A stretch of DNA of 63,906 nt, the filler included, from an uncultured bacterium (lineage in GTDB: Bacteria; Latescibacterota; UBA2968): assembly GCA_964471275.1 (NCBI GenBank). It is 3 parts of 3 records of this genome, joined end to end, with 100 filler letters (N's around TTAATTAATTAA, not from the genome) between each part and the next. Parts side by side here need not be neighbours in the genome. Positions count along the whole stretch, not along the records: positions 27,584 to 54,345 come from CAYYGZ010000032.1; 2 more parts are not named here. The stretch is one strand, 5' to 3'. The notes under the pieces are model-generated. The model saw only the letters and a list, made by a program, of their open reading frames with translations. It made no database searches and was not told where the DNA came from. Numbering within the stretch: position 1 is the stretch's first letter; each line of letters begins with the position of its first letter. Positions 39,125 to 49,442 of the stretch are shown one piece after another. The position numbers and the translations under genes were made by a program.

Positions 39125-40977
39125 AGGATCTCCCATCCAGCCTGTGCATTCCGCAGGGGAACTTCATCGGTACCACTCATTCCATCAAATATCAAGGCAC
39201 TTCCTCCGGAGGCTTGCAGGTCACAGGTGATTTCGCTGCCTGCCGACTCTGTCACGGCAACAACAGCGTGGCCCGTCGCGTCATCAAAACGCTCGACTTT
39301 CCATGAGCTCCCGTTGAGCTTCTCCAAAGAAAGCGTTACGCTCCGCGCCGTAGCTCCGTTGAGAACACCCACATACCACGTGTCACCCGATCTCCGCGCG
39401 ATTGCCGCCCACTTTCCCAGTTCTCCGCCGATGCCAACACTGTCATCCCAGACCGTGGGCACGCGATCGAACCACGTCAGTTCGGGCATTGTCCTGGAAT
39501 CGAAACGACTCGGCTGCGCATACCAGTAGACAAGCTGCAAGGGACTGTAGAATGCGGCCGCGATCGCCAGCTGATGGGCGCACGTCGTCTGCAGACGGGA
39601 TTCTCTGTAACAGATCGTGTAATCCGCCGCACCGGCGACGAATCGGGTATACGGGAGCAGGCAGTTGTGGGATGAATCCGGGAAATGTTCGTTCCCGCGC
39701 ACACCCTCTTGTGTGAGCAGGTTTGGATACGTGCGACTCAGACCGGTAGGGCGGTGATTGTCGTGGATGTCCACCATTAGATGGTGGTCTGCACATCTCT
39801 CTACCGCGTCGTACAGCCAGGAAGTCCACCCGGCGGGACCCACATTCACAAACCCAAATTTGATCCCCGCGATACCCCACCCTTGGTAGAGTGGCAGGAT
39901 ATCGTCCAGATATCGTTCGAGATGGCGACGATTCACGTAGACGAACACACCAATGCCACGCTCGCGACTGTAGTCGATCACCTCTCTCAGATTCAGTCCT
40001 GCCCAACCGGGAATCTTGTCCGTCCGATCTGGATCCGGATCGACGCTGCGCGGATCCGAATGATCGTCGTATTCGTGCCCGTACCAACCGGCGTCATACA
40101 GGATGTGCGACATCCCGTGAGCGGCTGCGAAGTCCACGCACGCGATCCCCCCTGCTGTCGACAGGGTCACCTCTCGAATGGCCTTCCCCGGTACGATCCA
40201 GTCCGTATTCCGGATCGCGTTCTGTGGGCATAGACTCGCGATCTGTGAGCCCACCCCCACCAGATCGTTGATCTCATCGGCGTGCAGTACGACACGCCAG
40301 GGGAGAACCGCTCCCGGTTCGAACGGCGATACGCCTTGGATCCTGGCCGTGAGAATACCTCGATGAGACTCCGCATCGAGCATCATCCTCCCGCTGTTTC
40401 GATTCCCGGCCTCTTGTACGACTGCGTAACCCCCGCTCGGCAGCTGGATAAGCAGCGGACACACGGTTGGGTCAGGAAGCGCATTTACGGGCGTTGGGTG
40501 ATACGTATCCTCCGGCCACGCCTGGCGATACGCAATACTGCCGGTCGGAAACTGAAAAGCGGTCTGCTCGTCAATCAGATTCCAGATCTCTCCGCTGGAA
40601 TCGACACGCTCATACCGTAGTGCGGCGCCGCCATCGAAAGCGCGCAGCCAGATACGTACAGTTCGCCGAGGAGGAATCGTCTCCGTAACATCAACGGCAA
40701 ACTCCTCGAACCGATGTGCAACCGATGCGTGCTCACCATACACGGGCTCCCACGTCTCGACCGCGACTCGTTTGTCCACCACGGCCGTGATCTCGAGATT
40801 CGCACCCCAGGGCGGCAACCCGTCCGGCGCGAGCCCCATACGAGATGGCTCGATGAGTTCACGTCCATCGATCCTTACACGCCAGAACAGGCTGGCACGT
40901 TGTGGGCCGTCATCATCGAGCCACAACGATGCTTCGACGCGCTCATTCGGTGAGCGGACGGAGTAGGTCTTCAACAC
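39121..40977 (-). CDS. GH97 alpha-glucosidase/galactosidase
   Basis: WI.PGK, DFAA, DAGWY, WGIAGIKFGF, DIHD..RPTG.SRTYPN.LT.EGVRGNE, LPYTR..AG..DYT. Confidence 0.9.
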   Translation of the reverse strand: MLKTYSVRSPNERVEASLWLDDDGPQRASLFWRVRIDGRELIEPSRMGLAPDGLPPWGANLEITAVVDKRVAVETWEPVYGEHASVAHRFEEFAVDVTETIPPRRTVRIWLRAFDGGAALRYERVDSSGEIWNLIDEQTAFQFPTGSIAYRQAWPEDTYHPTPVNALPDPTVCPLLIQLPSGGYAVVQEAGNRNSGRMMLDAESHRGILTARIQGVSPFEPGAVLPWRVVLHADEINDLVGVGSQIASLCPQNAIRNTDWIVPGKAIREVTLSTAGGIACVDFAAAHGMSHILYDAGWYGHEYDDHSDPRSVDPDPDRTDKIPGWAGLNLREVIDYSRERGIGVFVYVNRRHLERYLDDILPLYQGWGIAGIKFGFVNVGPAGWTSWLYDAVERCADHHLMVDIHDNHRPTGLSRTYPNLLTQEGVRGNEHFPDSSHNCLLPYTRFVAGAADYTICYRESRLQTTCAHQLAIAAAFYSPLQLVYWYAQPSRFDSRTMPELTWFDRVPTVWDDSVGIGGELGKWAAIARRSGDTWYVGVLNGATARSVTLSLEKLNGSSWKVERFDDATGHAVVAVTESAGSEITCDLQASGGSALIFDGMSGTDEVPLRNAQAGWEIL

Positions 40978-41070
40978 AAGATGTCCCCTGGCTATAGTGA
41001 GTTCAGGTGAGTTGACCGAACATCATGAATGTATCGGGTAACCCGGTCAACCTGAGGCTAGCAGAATGTT

Positions 41071-41361
41071 GTGCGCAGGATATATGAGAGCGACTTGATA
41101 TCCGACAAGATTCGTGCGATCATCGGGGGCGCGATCCGAACACGCACGACGAGAATCGAGGCCAAGCTTAAGGATGCGATTGCGCTGCATCCGCCTCGCA
41201 TAGCTTTCGATCCCCGAAGTGTGGCCGATCTTCACGCGACCATTTTCGAGGGAGCATTCGTCATGACTCGCACTCTGCCGGACGCGGATATCATGCTCGA
41301 CCAGCTCCGGCACGATCGCTGTGATCTCGAACTTCTGTTCGGCGCCGAGATCAAGACCTGA
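41071..41361 (+). pseudogene. C-terminal half of a TetR-family regulator (no HTH)
   Basis: SVADL..TIFEGAFVM.R.......DQLRH....LELLF resembles a TetR C-domain; the N-terminal HTH is absent. Confidence 0.55.
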
Positions 41362-41475
41362 CAGCGACCGCGTGTCCCCCTCGGACAACGCTTCAAACGT
41401 ACACACATTTCTCACGTTACCCACTCATCCTCAGAAGGCTCCGAGGTCGGGGGTCATCGAGAAAGGATTCAGACA

Positions 41476-42279
41476 ATGCCCTTCAAACTGGGTTACTGTG
41501 CGCTGCGGTGGAGAGAACCAGAACTCGGGAAGGCACTCGAGGCACTGAAGCAAGCCGGATGGGACGGTTGGGAATGCAGGCTCCCTCTGGACTGGCTGGG
41601 TACGCCGGCTCGTGTGCGGAAGATCTGCGACGACACGGGCATGCCCCTCGCGTGCTTCTCCGCACAGGGGGCCCCTGAAAACCCGGATCACTCACATCAG
41701 GAACGTAACAGACGACGCATGGATTTCGCAGCAGAGGTCGGCGCGGACTGTTTCCTGTATATGAGTGACCGGAAACCGGAAGACCGTGCCGTAACCGAGG
41801 ACGACATTGTCAGATCCGCTGAAGCAGCAGATGCCTGGCAGGACTACGCGTCACAGGTTGGGCTGGAGCTCACCTACCACATCCATACAAACCTGCTCGT
41901 GGACTCCGTCGAGGAATGGAAGACGTACATGGCCAACCTGAAGAAGGCCAAGCTCTGTATCGATGTCTCCCACGCGGATCTCTGGGGTTACGACGCCGTC
42001 GAATCGCTCCGCGACTTCCGATCGCAGCTCAACTACGTCCACCTTCAGGACTATGCCGATTGCACCGTGCGTGAACCCGGCAACTACAACCCCAGCTGGG
42101 TCGCGGTCGGCAAAGCCGTCTGTCTCGACTTCGAAGGTTGTGCCAGAGTGCTGGAGGAAACAGGGTTCGACCGGTGGGTCACTTCGTGCCCGGGCGCCCC
42201 GCCGCCCAGTGATGATGCCGTGAGCGAGGCCAAACGAAGCGCAACAATGTACGAGTACTGTCGAAGCGTGGGATTCTAG
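41476..42279 (+). CDS. Sugar phosphate isomerase/epimerase (xylose-isomerase-like TIM barrel)
   Basis: AGWDGWE, YHIH, CIDVSH, YVHLQD, VG....DF. Confidence 0.82.
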   Translation: MPFKLGYCALRWREPELGKALEALKQAGWDGWECRLPLDWLGTPARVRKICDDTGMPLACFSAQGAPENPDHSHQERNRRRMDFAAEVGADCFLYMSDRKPEDRAVTEDDIVRSAEAADAWQDYASQVGLELTYHIHTNLLVDSVEEWKTYMANLKKAKLCIDVSHADLWGYDAVESLRDFRSQLNYVHLQDYADCTVREPGNYNPSWVAVGKAVCLDFEGCARVLEETGFDRWVTSCPGAPPPSDDAVSEAKRSATMYEYCRSVGF

Positions 42280-42312
42280 GACGTCCTGCTTGATGTAGAC
42301 CGGGATATGGGC

Positions 42313-43959
42313 TCAGCGGGTTGACCGAGCAAACACATACCCGAGCCGCTGAGGTAGGGTGATCCGAAATCCGCTTTCCCCGGATTCGACAATACCGCCG
42401 TCACTGCCGGCCAATACCTCCCACCGCCCCCCCGGGAGCGACACTTCGGGAAGGTCCATCGTAGTGGTCACCAGATCACTGTTCTCACGGAACACGAGCA
42501 CATACGCGGCGTCAAGCTCATCGGATAGGGATATAAAGCCTGTATACGAAATACCATCGGGCGGCTTGCCGATGGGTAGAATCGTCCCATCAAACAAGTC
42601 AGCCCGATGCTCGCGCCAGACATTCACCAATCGTGTTGCAGTGGAGAGGTAACTCTCCGGCAGATTCGACACTTCGAACCAGCCCAGTGGATTCGCGAAC
42701 ATCACCGTCGCGAACAGCGTATCTGCATCGTAGCGTTCCGGTCCGAGAGGATCGTCCGCGTACAGGTCCTGGTTACGAGCGTTGTTGAGAAACTCCATCC
42801 GGAGTCGGCGAGGATCGATCCAGCGGGACAGTTGCCAGAGATTCCGAAGGGTCTGGTGCGGCCAGTAGTTGTGGAAGTCAGTATACCGATTCTCCACAAA
42901 CAGGGGACCTACATTCATCGCACCGAAATACCCCGGTCTGACCTCTGCCGTCACGTCCAGATCGAAGATAACATTTCCTTCTGTCTGATCCAGAACGCCC
43001 TGGAAGAACCGTCTCAGGTTCAACAGAGATGCTTCTGTTCGGGCCTTCACCCCATCAATCTTGATGTGCTCAATCCCGTATCTGCGGTGGAACCCGACAA
43101 TCGTGTCGACGTCCTTCTGCCAGTTCTCGAAGTCATTCCAGGAATCGGGTGCGAACCACAGCCCCAAACCCAGGCCCTGCGAGCTTGCCCGCTCGACAAT
43201 AGGCTCCAGACCGTTCGGCAGCCGATCAGGATGAGTCTCCCAGAAACGTGGATCGGAGTTGTAGAAGCCCTCCCAGACGCCTCCCTTCTCCTGCGCAACC
43301 GACGAGTTCGCCGTCACCCCTCTCTCCCAGCCATCATCGATCTGGACCACATCGACACCCAACTGGGAGGCTGCATCGATTTCAGACTCGAGAAACGTCT
43401 GCTGAATCCGGCTGTCTCGTGATCGATCACCCCAGGTATTGCTGATGAACCTCGGTAGTCGATGACACCGGGAGTCGGGGCGATGACTGCTCTGCCATCG
43501 GTGGAGAGCCCGTGTTCGCTCGAGTATCCCGCCCTCGTAATCCAGGACTGTCCAGGAGTTCTGATTGGCACCATCGGGTTCGAGCAGATGGATCTCGAAC
43601 CCTCCTCCCTTCGTCGGCGTCACACGGAGGTCGTTCACTGTCGGCGTTGGCCTTGCGTGTGGAAGCGGCTCCTGTTTGACGAGAACCTTGCCCCTCCGGG
43701 CGGAAAGATCCTCGATCACGAAGAGATTGCCCGACAACGACACTTCTCTCTGGGAGGGATGCAGCAGCCATTCCCTCTCCTGGACCAACTCGTTATGCCG
43801 ATCGGTAACATCGGAAAGGATGACCTGAGTCAGCCGAAGATGCTGAGCGCTGAACCGAATTTTCTCGGCAACCCGCTCGCCAGCCTGAGTCTTGACGATG
43901 GCATCCTCTGCTGCGTCTCCCTCGATGCCGGTCGCCTCATTCCTGTCCGATCTTTTCAT
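42313..43959 (-). CDS. GH36-like alpha-galactosidase, N-terminus possibly truncated
   Basis: SNTWGDRSRD, VQIDDGW, RLPNGL, GLWFAP, IKIDG, DLDVTA..R. The start is uncertain. Confidence 0.75.
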   Translation of the reverse strand: MKRSDRNEATGIEGDAAEDAIVKTQAGERVAEKIRFSAQHLRLTQVILSDVTDRHNELVQEREWLLHPSQREVSLSGNLFVIEDLSARRGKVLVKQEPLPHARPTPTVNDLRVTPTKGGGFEIHLLEPDGANQNSWTVLDYEGGILERTRALHRWQSSHRPDSRCHRLPRFISNTWGDRSRDSRIQQTFLESEIDAASQLGVDVVQIDDGWERGVTANSSVAQEKGGVWEGFYNSDPRFWETHPDRLPNGLEPIVERASSQGLGLGLWFAPDSWNDFENWQKDVDTIVGFHRRYGIEHIKIDGVKARTEASLLNLRRFFQGVLDQTEGNVIFDLDVTAEVRPGYFGAMNVGPLFVENRYTDFHNYWPHQTLRNLWQLSRWIDPRRLRMEFLNNARNQDLYADDPLGPERYDADTLFATVMFANPLGWFEVSNLPESYLSTATRLVNVWREHRADLFDGTILPIGKPPDGISYTGFISLSDELDAAYVLVFRENSDLVTTTMDLPEVSLPGGRWEVLAGSDGGIVESGESGFRITLPQRLGYVFARSTR

Positions 43960-43978
43960 TTCTTGACCCAAATCCGCG

Positions 43979-45349
43979 TCAGCTTGTAACCAGAACGATG
44001 GCATCTTGTCTGACCGATTCGACCGTACCCTCCAGCGGAGCGTGGATAGCGGCGCCGAGGTCATTGCCACCGACATCGGCAAGGGGCTCGCCCCGCTGAA
44101 CACGCTGACCTGCGCTGACCCGCGACGATGCGGGTGCCCCCGCGTGCTGCTTGAGGAGAACAACCAGACGGGACGGATCCGATCCCGAGTCTCGCAGGTC
44201 TGCCGGACCGTCGTAGTCCGACAGATCGAGCCGCCGTACCAGCTGTTTGAGAGGCGTGTGGCGTGAGGGGTAGAGGGGATGGGGGTTCACAGGGGCAGAC
44301 TCCTGGAACGGTCCGAAACGCCCTCTATCCGGGAGAAGTGAAGCTCGCGCCTGCTGGCAAGCCTCACGGGGATAGAGATCCTCCGGGCAGGCCAGCAACG
44401 TACAAAGACCGCACTCACAGCAGAGCGTGCCCCAGTGACTCCACGACTCCTCGCCGTCCAGTGAGAACAGCAGACCGCGCATCACCTTGTGAGGTTCGAC
44501 CGCGTGACCGAGCAGGTAACGCGGGCACATCTCCGTGCAGTATGTGCACTGATCGCAAGCCGATTTGCCAATACGGTGCTTGCTCTCCGATGGTCTCTCG
44601 GCTCGAGCAACGAGATTGTGATCCGCTGGCAGCACGATAACGCCTGAGGTCGTCTTTGTAACGGGTTGGGTGCTGTCACGACCGAGCTTACCCATCATCA
44701 CACCCCCGACGAAGTAGGCCGGATCGGGTGTCGTCGCCCCACCGGCCCGGGCCACTAACCAATCGATATCCACCCCAATCGGAACCCAGGCCGTATAGGG
44801 CTGTTCCACGGCGCCGGTGACCGTCACCATCTTGCGGATCACGGGTGTCCCCTGTGCGGCGGCAGCCAGATTGTAGAGACTCTCCACATTGCTGACGACA
44901 CACCCCACGTCCAGAGGAAGACCGGCAGATGGAATAAGGCGACCGGTCGTTTCGTAGACGAGGACGTACTCATCACCGGTAGGGTAGAAATCACCGAGCT
45001 CGTGCAGGGCGATGTCTGTTCCCGGCAGCACCTCTTTGAAGGCAGCGATGGCGACGATGTGCTTGGACTTCAGAGCAAGAATTCCGCGGGATGCTCCGGT
45101 GGCAGCCATCGCGAGCTGCAGACCCGTGACAATATCTGCCGCGTGGTGCGCCATCAGTTCACCATCTTTGTGCAGAAGGGGCTCGCATTCCGCCCCGTTG
45201 GCAACGACCGTATCGACCTGCGGTGACCCCTCACGACCGGCCAGCTTCACGTGCAGCGGAAATCCGCCGCCACCGGCCCCCACGACGCCTGCCGCGCGTG
45301 CGGCTTCGATGATATCTACGGACGATAGTATCGAAATCTTGTCTGTCAC
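43979..45349 (-). CDS. PduS/RnfC-like flavin Fe-S oxidoreductase (microcompartment-associated)
   Basis: AGVVGAGGGGFP.HVK, NGAECEPLL, YP.GDE, GGVMMG, CDQCTYCTEMCP and CCECGLC...CP, C-terminal LKQHAGAP...IHA...G.V. Confidence 0.88.
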   Translation of the reverse strand: MTDKISILSSVDIIEAARAAGVVGAGGGGFPLHVKLAGREGSPQVDTVVANGAECEPLLHKDGELMAHHAADIVTGLQLAMAATGASRGILALKSKHIVAIAAFKEVLPGTDIALHELGDFYPTGDEYVLVYETTGRLIPSAGLPLDVGCVVSNVESLYNLAAAAQGTPVIRKMVTVTGAVEQPYTAWVPIGVDIDWLVARAGGATTPDPAYFVGGVMMGKLGRDSTQPVTKTTSGVIVLPADHNLVARAERPSESKHRIGKSACDQCTYCTEMCPRYLLGHAVEPHKVMRGLLFSLDGEESWSHWGTLCCECGLCTLLACPEDLYPREACQQARASLLPDRGRFGPFQESAPVNPHPLYPSRHTPLKQLVRRLDLSDYDGPADLRDSGSDPSRLVVLLKQHAGAPASSRVSAGQRVQRGEPLADVGGNDLGAAIHAPLEGTVESVRQDAIVLVTS

Positions 45350-45915
45350 AGCGATTCTCCAAACAGCTCTTCCGACGGCGCGGGAATCACGACCTTGTTG
45401 ACGAGCAACCCCTTCCCCTCGACGACTGCGGCCCCCGTGTCGACGGCGGTCTGTACCGCAGAGATCTTGCCTGAGAGACGACAGACTGCCTTGCCCCCCA
45501 GGGCCATCGCCAGCCGGATCTCCAGTAGCTGCACGTCTGCGCTCTTGGCCGCGCTGTCTGCTGCCTCGATCAGCGAGGCGACAGAAAAGGACTCGATCAC
45601 CCCCAGGGCATCGTGATCACGCAAGATCACGTTCCCACCGAGGGCAGGAAACACGCCCGGATCGACGCTCGGGATCACGCACGTGTCGATCGTGAAGGTG
45701 CCGGCGACGGCTACCCCGGCTTCCACACTCGCCTGCACGCTCGCCACGTCGCCCGCGACCATAACCATGTATTTCCCTGAACAGATTGTCCGGTTCAGCA
45801 GTAGCTTTACTTCGGCTGTCTTCAGCATCTGGTCTGTGACCAGGTAGCCAGCCGCTACACTCGACAGTTCCACCAGGCCGATCGCCCTGGGCTCGTTGTC
45901 AGCCAATGATTCCAC
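45346..45915 (-). CDS. BMC-T tandem shell protein, PduT-like
   Basis: Two BMC domains: AIGLVELSSVAAG....D.MLK.A.V...TICSGKY and ALGVIE.FS....I.AAD.AAK.A.V.L.EIRLA..LGGK. The PduT-type Cys is retained. Confidence 0.9.
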   Translation of the reverse strand: MESLADNEPRAIGLVELSSVAAGYLVTDQMLKTAEVKLLLNRTICSGKYMVMVAGDVASVQASVEAGVAVAGTFTIDTCVIPSVDPGVFPALGGNVILRDHDALGVIESFSVASLIEAADSAAKSADVQLLEIRLAMALGGKAVCRLSGKISAVQTAVDTGAAVVEGKGLLVNKVVIPAPSEELFGESL

Positions 45916-45966
45916 CTTTCATACGATTCACGCTTTGTGCTCCTTCAATCAATCAGTCAAGCACAC

Positions 45967-47026
45967 TCAGATATTCACCGACCAAGGCCCCACTTGACGC
46001 AGATCAATTACCCCGACCTGTACGCCCTTCCCCGGTCTGGGAAGTGTCAACAAAACGGAGTCCCCTGCCCGGTTGAATGAGGGATGGCAATGTTCGTAGC
46101 CGCCGCTTGGTTTCAGCCCGGTCAGCAGCAGATGATTTTCGCCCGTTTCAGTATCCAGAAGCGTGATCGTCCCGGTCCGCGTATCATCCGCAACGATCCA
46201 TCGCTCAGTCACGTCCGGANNNNNNNNNNNNNNNNNNNNNNNNNNNNNNNNNNNNNNNNNNNNNNNNNNNNNNNNNNNNNNNNNNNNNNNNNNNNNNNNN
46301 NNNNNNNNNNNNNNNNNNNTCCGGATCGCTTGTGCGACCCGTCGCAGCTTTGCACTTGATGAACATCACACGATTCCCCGATCGTGTCCAGCACTCGTGT
46401 GTCACCCAATCTTCCAGTTTCTCGATGAAGTAGGGGCGGTCGATTCCCTCCCGGACATTGAACATCCACATTCGCTGGAGCGAATCGCCCCCCGTCTCGT
46501 TGATATGCAGCAAGCTTTTGCTGTCACCAGGACACGCCTGTGTATGGTTGGTCAGTTGATCCGTCCGGTGTACGATTTCGCTCTTCCCGGTTTCCGGATC
46601 CGTTACCGCCAGAACATAGTAGGCTCTCTCGTGCTGGTAGGACGCCGCCAGCATCCCGTTCGCGAATTCCGTATGGCCGCTCGTCGCCTTCCTGCAGAAT
46701 GGCGCATCGCCGATCGTTTCCATCTTTCCCGTCGACAGATCGCACCGACTGATCGTCTTCGAATCTCCACGGAAGACATATCCGCTATCCCGGCCGAGCG
46801 GAGCACAGAATCGATCCCCTCCCGTCAGCTCAACCAGCAGATCTCGATCACCTGTCCGCACATCGACAAGCCAGAGCCGCCTTCCCTCTTCCGTAGACTC
46901 AGTCGCAAAAGCACGCTTGTCATCAGGTGTTGTTGTCTCGGTGTCAAAATACGGCTTCACGTGTGTCACGCCACTCGTCAGAACCCGTACTTCATAACCG
47001 GTGCCAGCATCCTGATAGATCTCCAT
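45967..47026 (-). CDS. Oligogalacturonate-lyase-like beta-propeller, split by a 100-N gap (46220-46319)
   Basis: D..TGYEVR.LT, YF....TPD, NH.Q..P, NETGG...QRMW, THE.W, HCHPSF. Confidence 0.72.
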
Positions 47027-47039
47027 CTACCTCGTCTCC

Positions 47040-47160
47040 ACCTTTCCTGATGCCTGGATTCTCTCGTCCTGCCTCTATCCCTTCGCTTCTCACATCTGGC
47101 CTCTCACTTCTGCCCGCTAGCCTCTGCCTCCTCACATCTGCCCGCTCACGTCCTTTCGCC
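47040..47160 (-). repeat. Degenerate purine-rich heptamer tandem array
   Basis: Minus strand ggacgtg/agcgggc/agatgtg/aggaggc/agaggct/agcgggc/agaagtg/agaggcc/agatgtg/agaagcg... Confidence 0.55.
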
Positions 47161-47647
47161 CTATCGCCCAACATCCAGAATCCACTTCACCACATCGCAC
47201 CACCTCTCGAGCATCGTCTCGACGGTCACCGCATCCATCCTTCTCACCCCCGGCCTTGCGGCCACCTTCACCGCGTCCTCCTCTGTCCGACACGCGACGG
47301 ATACGGTCATCGGCAATTCCGGCTGATAGGCTGAGAATGCATCTGGCCCCCGCGTGATAGCCTCAGCCATTCTGGTACACGTCAGGTCGCGTCCTACCGA
47401 GCCAGCCATTTCAGAACAGAGATCGTGACCTTCCGCCTTCTTCACTTCCGTCATCAGCATTTGGAGGGGGGTATGCCCGCGCCACCTCCTACGCTGTATG
47501 GTCATCTCCCTGAGCCATCAGCATCAATCCATCACACGTCTCCAGCTCCTCCATCCACAGATGGTATTCACCACGCCTGATAGCTGCTCGCTCCCGAGAA
47601 AAGAGCTCGCTGACCCCTTCCATGTCCCATAACAAATAGATCTTCAC
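47161..47647 (-). pseudogene. M55 D-aminopeptidase (DppA-like) remnant
   Basis: MKIYLLWDMEGVS start and a C-terminal PGVRRMDAVTVE, with large deletions and a frameshift between. Confidence 0.65.
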
Positions 47648-47694
47648 GTCATCACCTTGTCTGTCACGAGCTGTGTTCCCCACACCCGGCCCCC

Positions 47695-48723
47695 TCACTC
47701 TTGCACCACGTGCACCTTGACAGATCCGCTCGTCTTGTCTGCCGCAATCCGAAACGCCTCCACGATCTCCTCTAGTGGCAACCTGTGCGAAACAATCTTC
47801 GTCGGATCCACTTTTCCAGACAATATCAGTTGAATCGCGGCATCGAAATCCTTCTCCCGCCCACTGTAGGCGTAACAGTTCGACCCCGTAACAACCGCCT
47901 CCGACCACACCACTTTTCGAAGATCGACTTCCAGCGGCTCGAAGTAACCGGCAACTAGAACAACCGTTCCGCGTTTACGGACACACGACAGCGAATCGTC
48001 GAAATTCTGTCCGCCGCCGACTGTCTCGATCACACAGTCGACGCCCCCACCGGACCAATCCTTCACATAGTCGACAACGGACCCGCTGGAGACATCGATC
48101 ACGTGATCAGCGCCTAGCGCCTTTGCAGTCTCGATCTGCTGCGGATACTTGGCGGTGATGGCGGTCTCTCGAACGCCCGCGGCTACAGCCGCGGCCAGCG
48201 CGAGCAATCCGATTGTGCCACCCCCGTTGACCAGGACCCGGTCTCGATGTGTGGCACCCGCCTGCATCACGGCACGATGTGAGACGGCAAGAGGTTCGAC
48301 AAGCGCGCCCTGCTCGAAAGTGAATCCATCCGGAAGCTTGAACAACGACGACTCGTGCATCAGCGTATACTCGGCAAAACCCCCATGGCCTTCACCGGAG
48401 AACCATCCGCGTCCTGTGCAGTGGTTGTAATGTCCTCGCTCACAGAACACGCACGTCCCGTCGTGTGAGAAACACTCCATCGTCACTTTATCGCCCAGCT
48501 GATAATGCTCTACGCCATCACCGACGTCAGTGATCAGACCTGCCACCTCGTGACCCTGGGCATGCGTGTGTGACTGGCTCCACTCGCCGTAATAATTATG
48601 CAGATCGCTGCCGCAGATTCCCGAACACTTGGTGTCGACCACCACATAGCCTGCGGGGGGTGAAACAGATTCGACCTCCTTCAGCACGATCTTCTCTACG
48701 TCTGCATAGATGGCTGCCTTCAT
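47695..48723 (-). CDS. Zn-dependent medium-chain dehydrogenase (polyol/threonine dehydrogenase-like)
   Basis: GICGSDLH, GHE..G, C..C..G.YNHC, ALVEPLAV, GGGTIGL. Confidence 0.92.
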   Translation of the reverse strand: MKAAIYADVEKIVLKEVESVSPPAGYVVVDTKCSGICGSDLHNYYGEWSQSHTHAQGHEVAGLITDVGDGVEHYQLGDKVTMECFSHDGTCVFCERGHYNHCTGRGWFSGEGHGGFAEYTLMHESSLFKLPDGFTFEQGALVEPLAVSHRAVMQAGATHRDRVLVNGGGTIGLLALAAAVAAGVRETAITAKYPQQIETAKALGADHVIDVSSGSVVDYVKDWSGGGVDCVIETVGGGQNFDDSLSCVRKRGTVVLVAGYFEPLEVDLRKVVWSEAVVTGSNCYAYSGREKDFDAAIQLILSGKVDPTKIVSHRLPLEEIVEAFRIAADKTSGSVKVHVVQE

Positions 48724-48774
48724 CGTTCCCCCTCCTGCCTCTGACCGCGTGACACGACCCTCTCAGTTTCCCGC

Positions 48775-49350
48775 CCCTCAATTTGCGACTGCGGGTTGCT
48801 CTGCTCGTAGAGTTGTCTTGCTTCCGCATGATCCGTATCACGGACCAGAATTCTCCCCAATGTTCATCTGGTCTCTTGGTGTCTGTCCTGTCTGAGTAAA
48901 CTCTTCGCAAGGCCGAGTTGCAGGTCAGTATCATCGCCAAACCGCCTGGTTGCCTCTTGATAGAACGTCAGAGCTGGCCCATATCGCCTGAGGTCGAGCA
49001 GGGACTTGCCCGCAACCGATCACATTGGCAACGTCAAAATATTTGCCTTGAGACCGACCTAACAAAGTGCCAGACAATCCTTGTATCGTTCCTGGTCGTG
49101 AAGCTTTCGGGCAACTTCAACGACCTCTGTCCGGATCTCTTTGTCAGCAGGATCCGGCTTGAGACCTGCTTCCACCGTGACGCGGGCAGAATCCAGAGAA
49201 CCGTGTACACGGTGAATGCGTGCCAGCGTGTGTCAGAGATTCACTCGATTCGTGTCCGCATCGATCGCAATGTTGAGCTCTTCTATCGCTTGTGCCCATT
49301 CCCTGCGCTTGATACGGAGACTGATTCGCTGGCTGTGTGCCTCACTGACT
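48775..49350 (-). pseudogene. TPR-repeat protein remnant with four in-frame stops
   Basis: One frame reads WAQAIEELNIAI...NL*HTLARIH...ALC*...PM*SVAGKSLLDLRRYGPALTFYQEA...LGLAKSLL...TR*TLGRIL..D.DHAEARQL. Stops at 49233, 49059, 49020 and 48864. Confidence 0.6.
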
Positions 49351-49442
49351 GAGGTTGTCAACAGCGTTTAACGAAAGCAGCGATCCCAAATCAGCCCTAC
49401 CTACTGGCTCAATGTGTCAACACCACTATGACACTGGACACC

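Noticed and set aside
43979..45349. Rnf complex subunit RnfC or NuoF
   Set aside because: No other rnf or nuo genes nearby; the domain order and the overlap with a BMC-T gene fit PduS.
1387..46319. Frameshifts at the short N gaps (1387-1396, 21402-21412, 46220-46319)
   Set aside because: These are scaffold gaps of estimated length, so the frame breaks are not evidence of pseudogenes.
47040..47160. CRISPR array
   Set aside because: No identical 23-47 nt repeats with unique spacers, and no cas genes anywhere in the window.
1933..49235. Stop-codon reassignment or readthrough to explain the in-frame stops
   Set aside because: The stops are mixed (TAA, TAG, TGA), occur together with frameshifts and deletions, and all three codons end intact genes normally.
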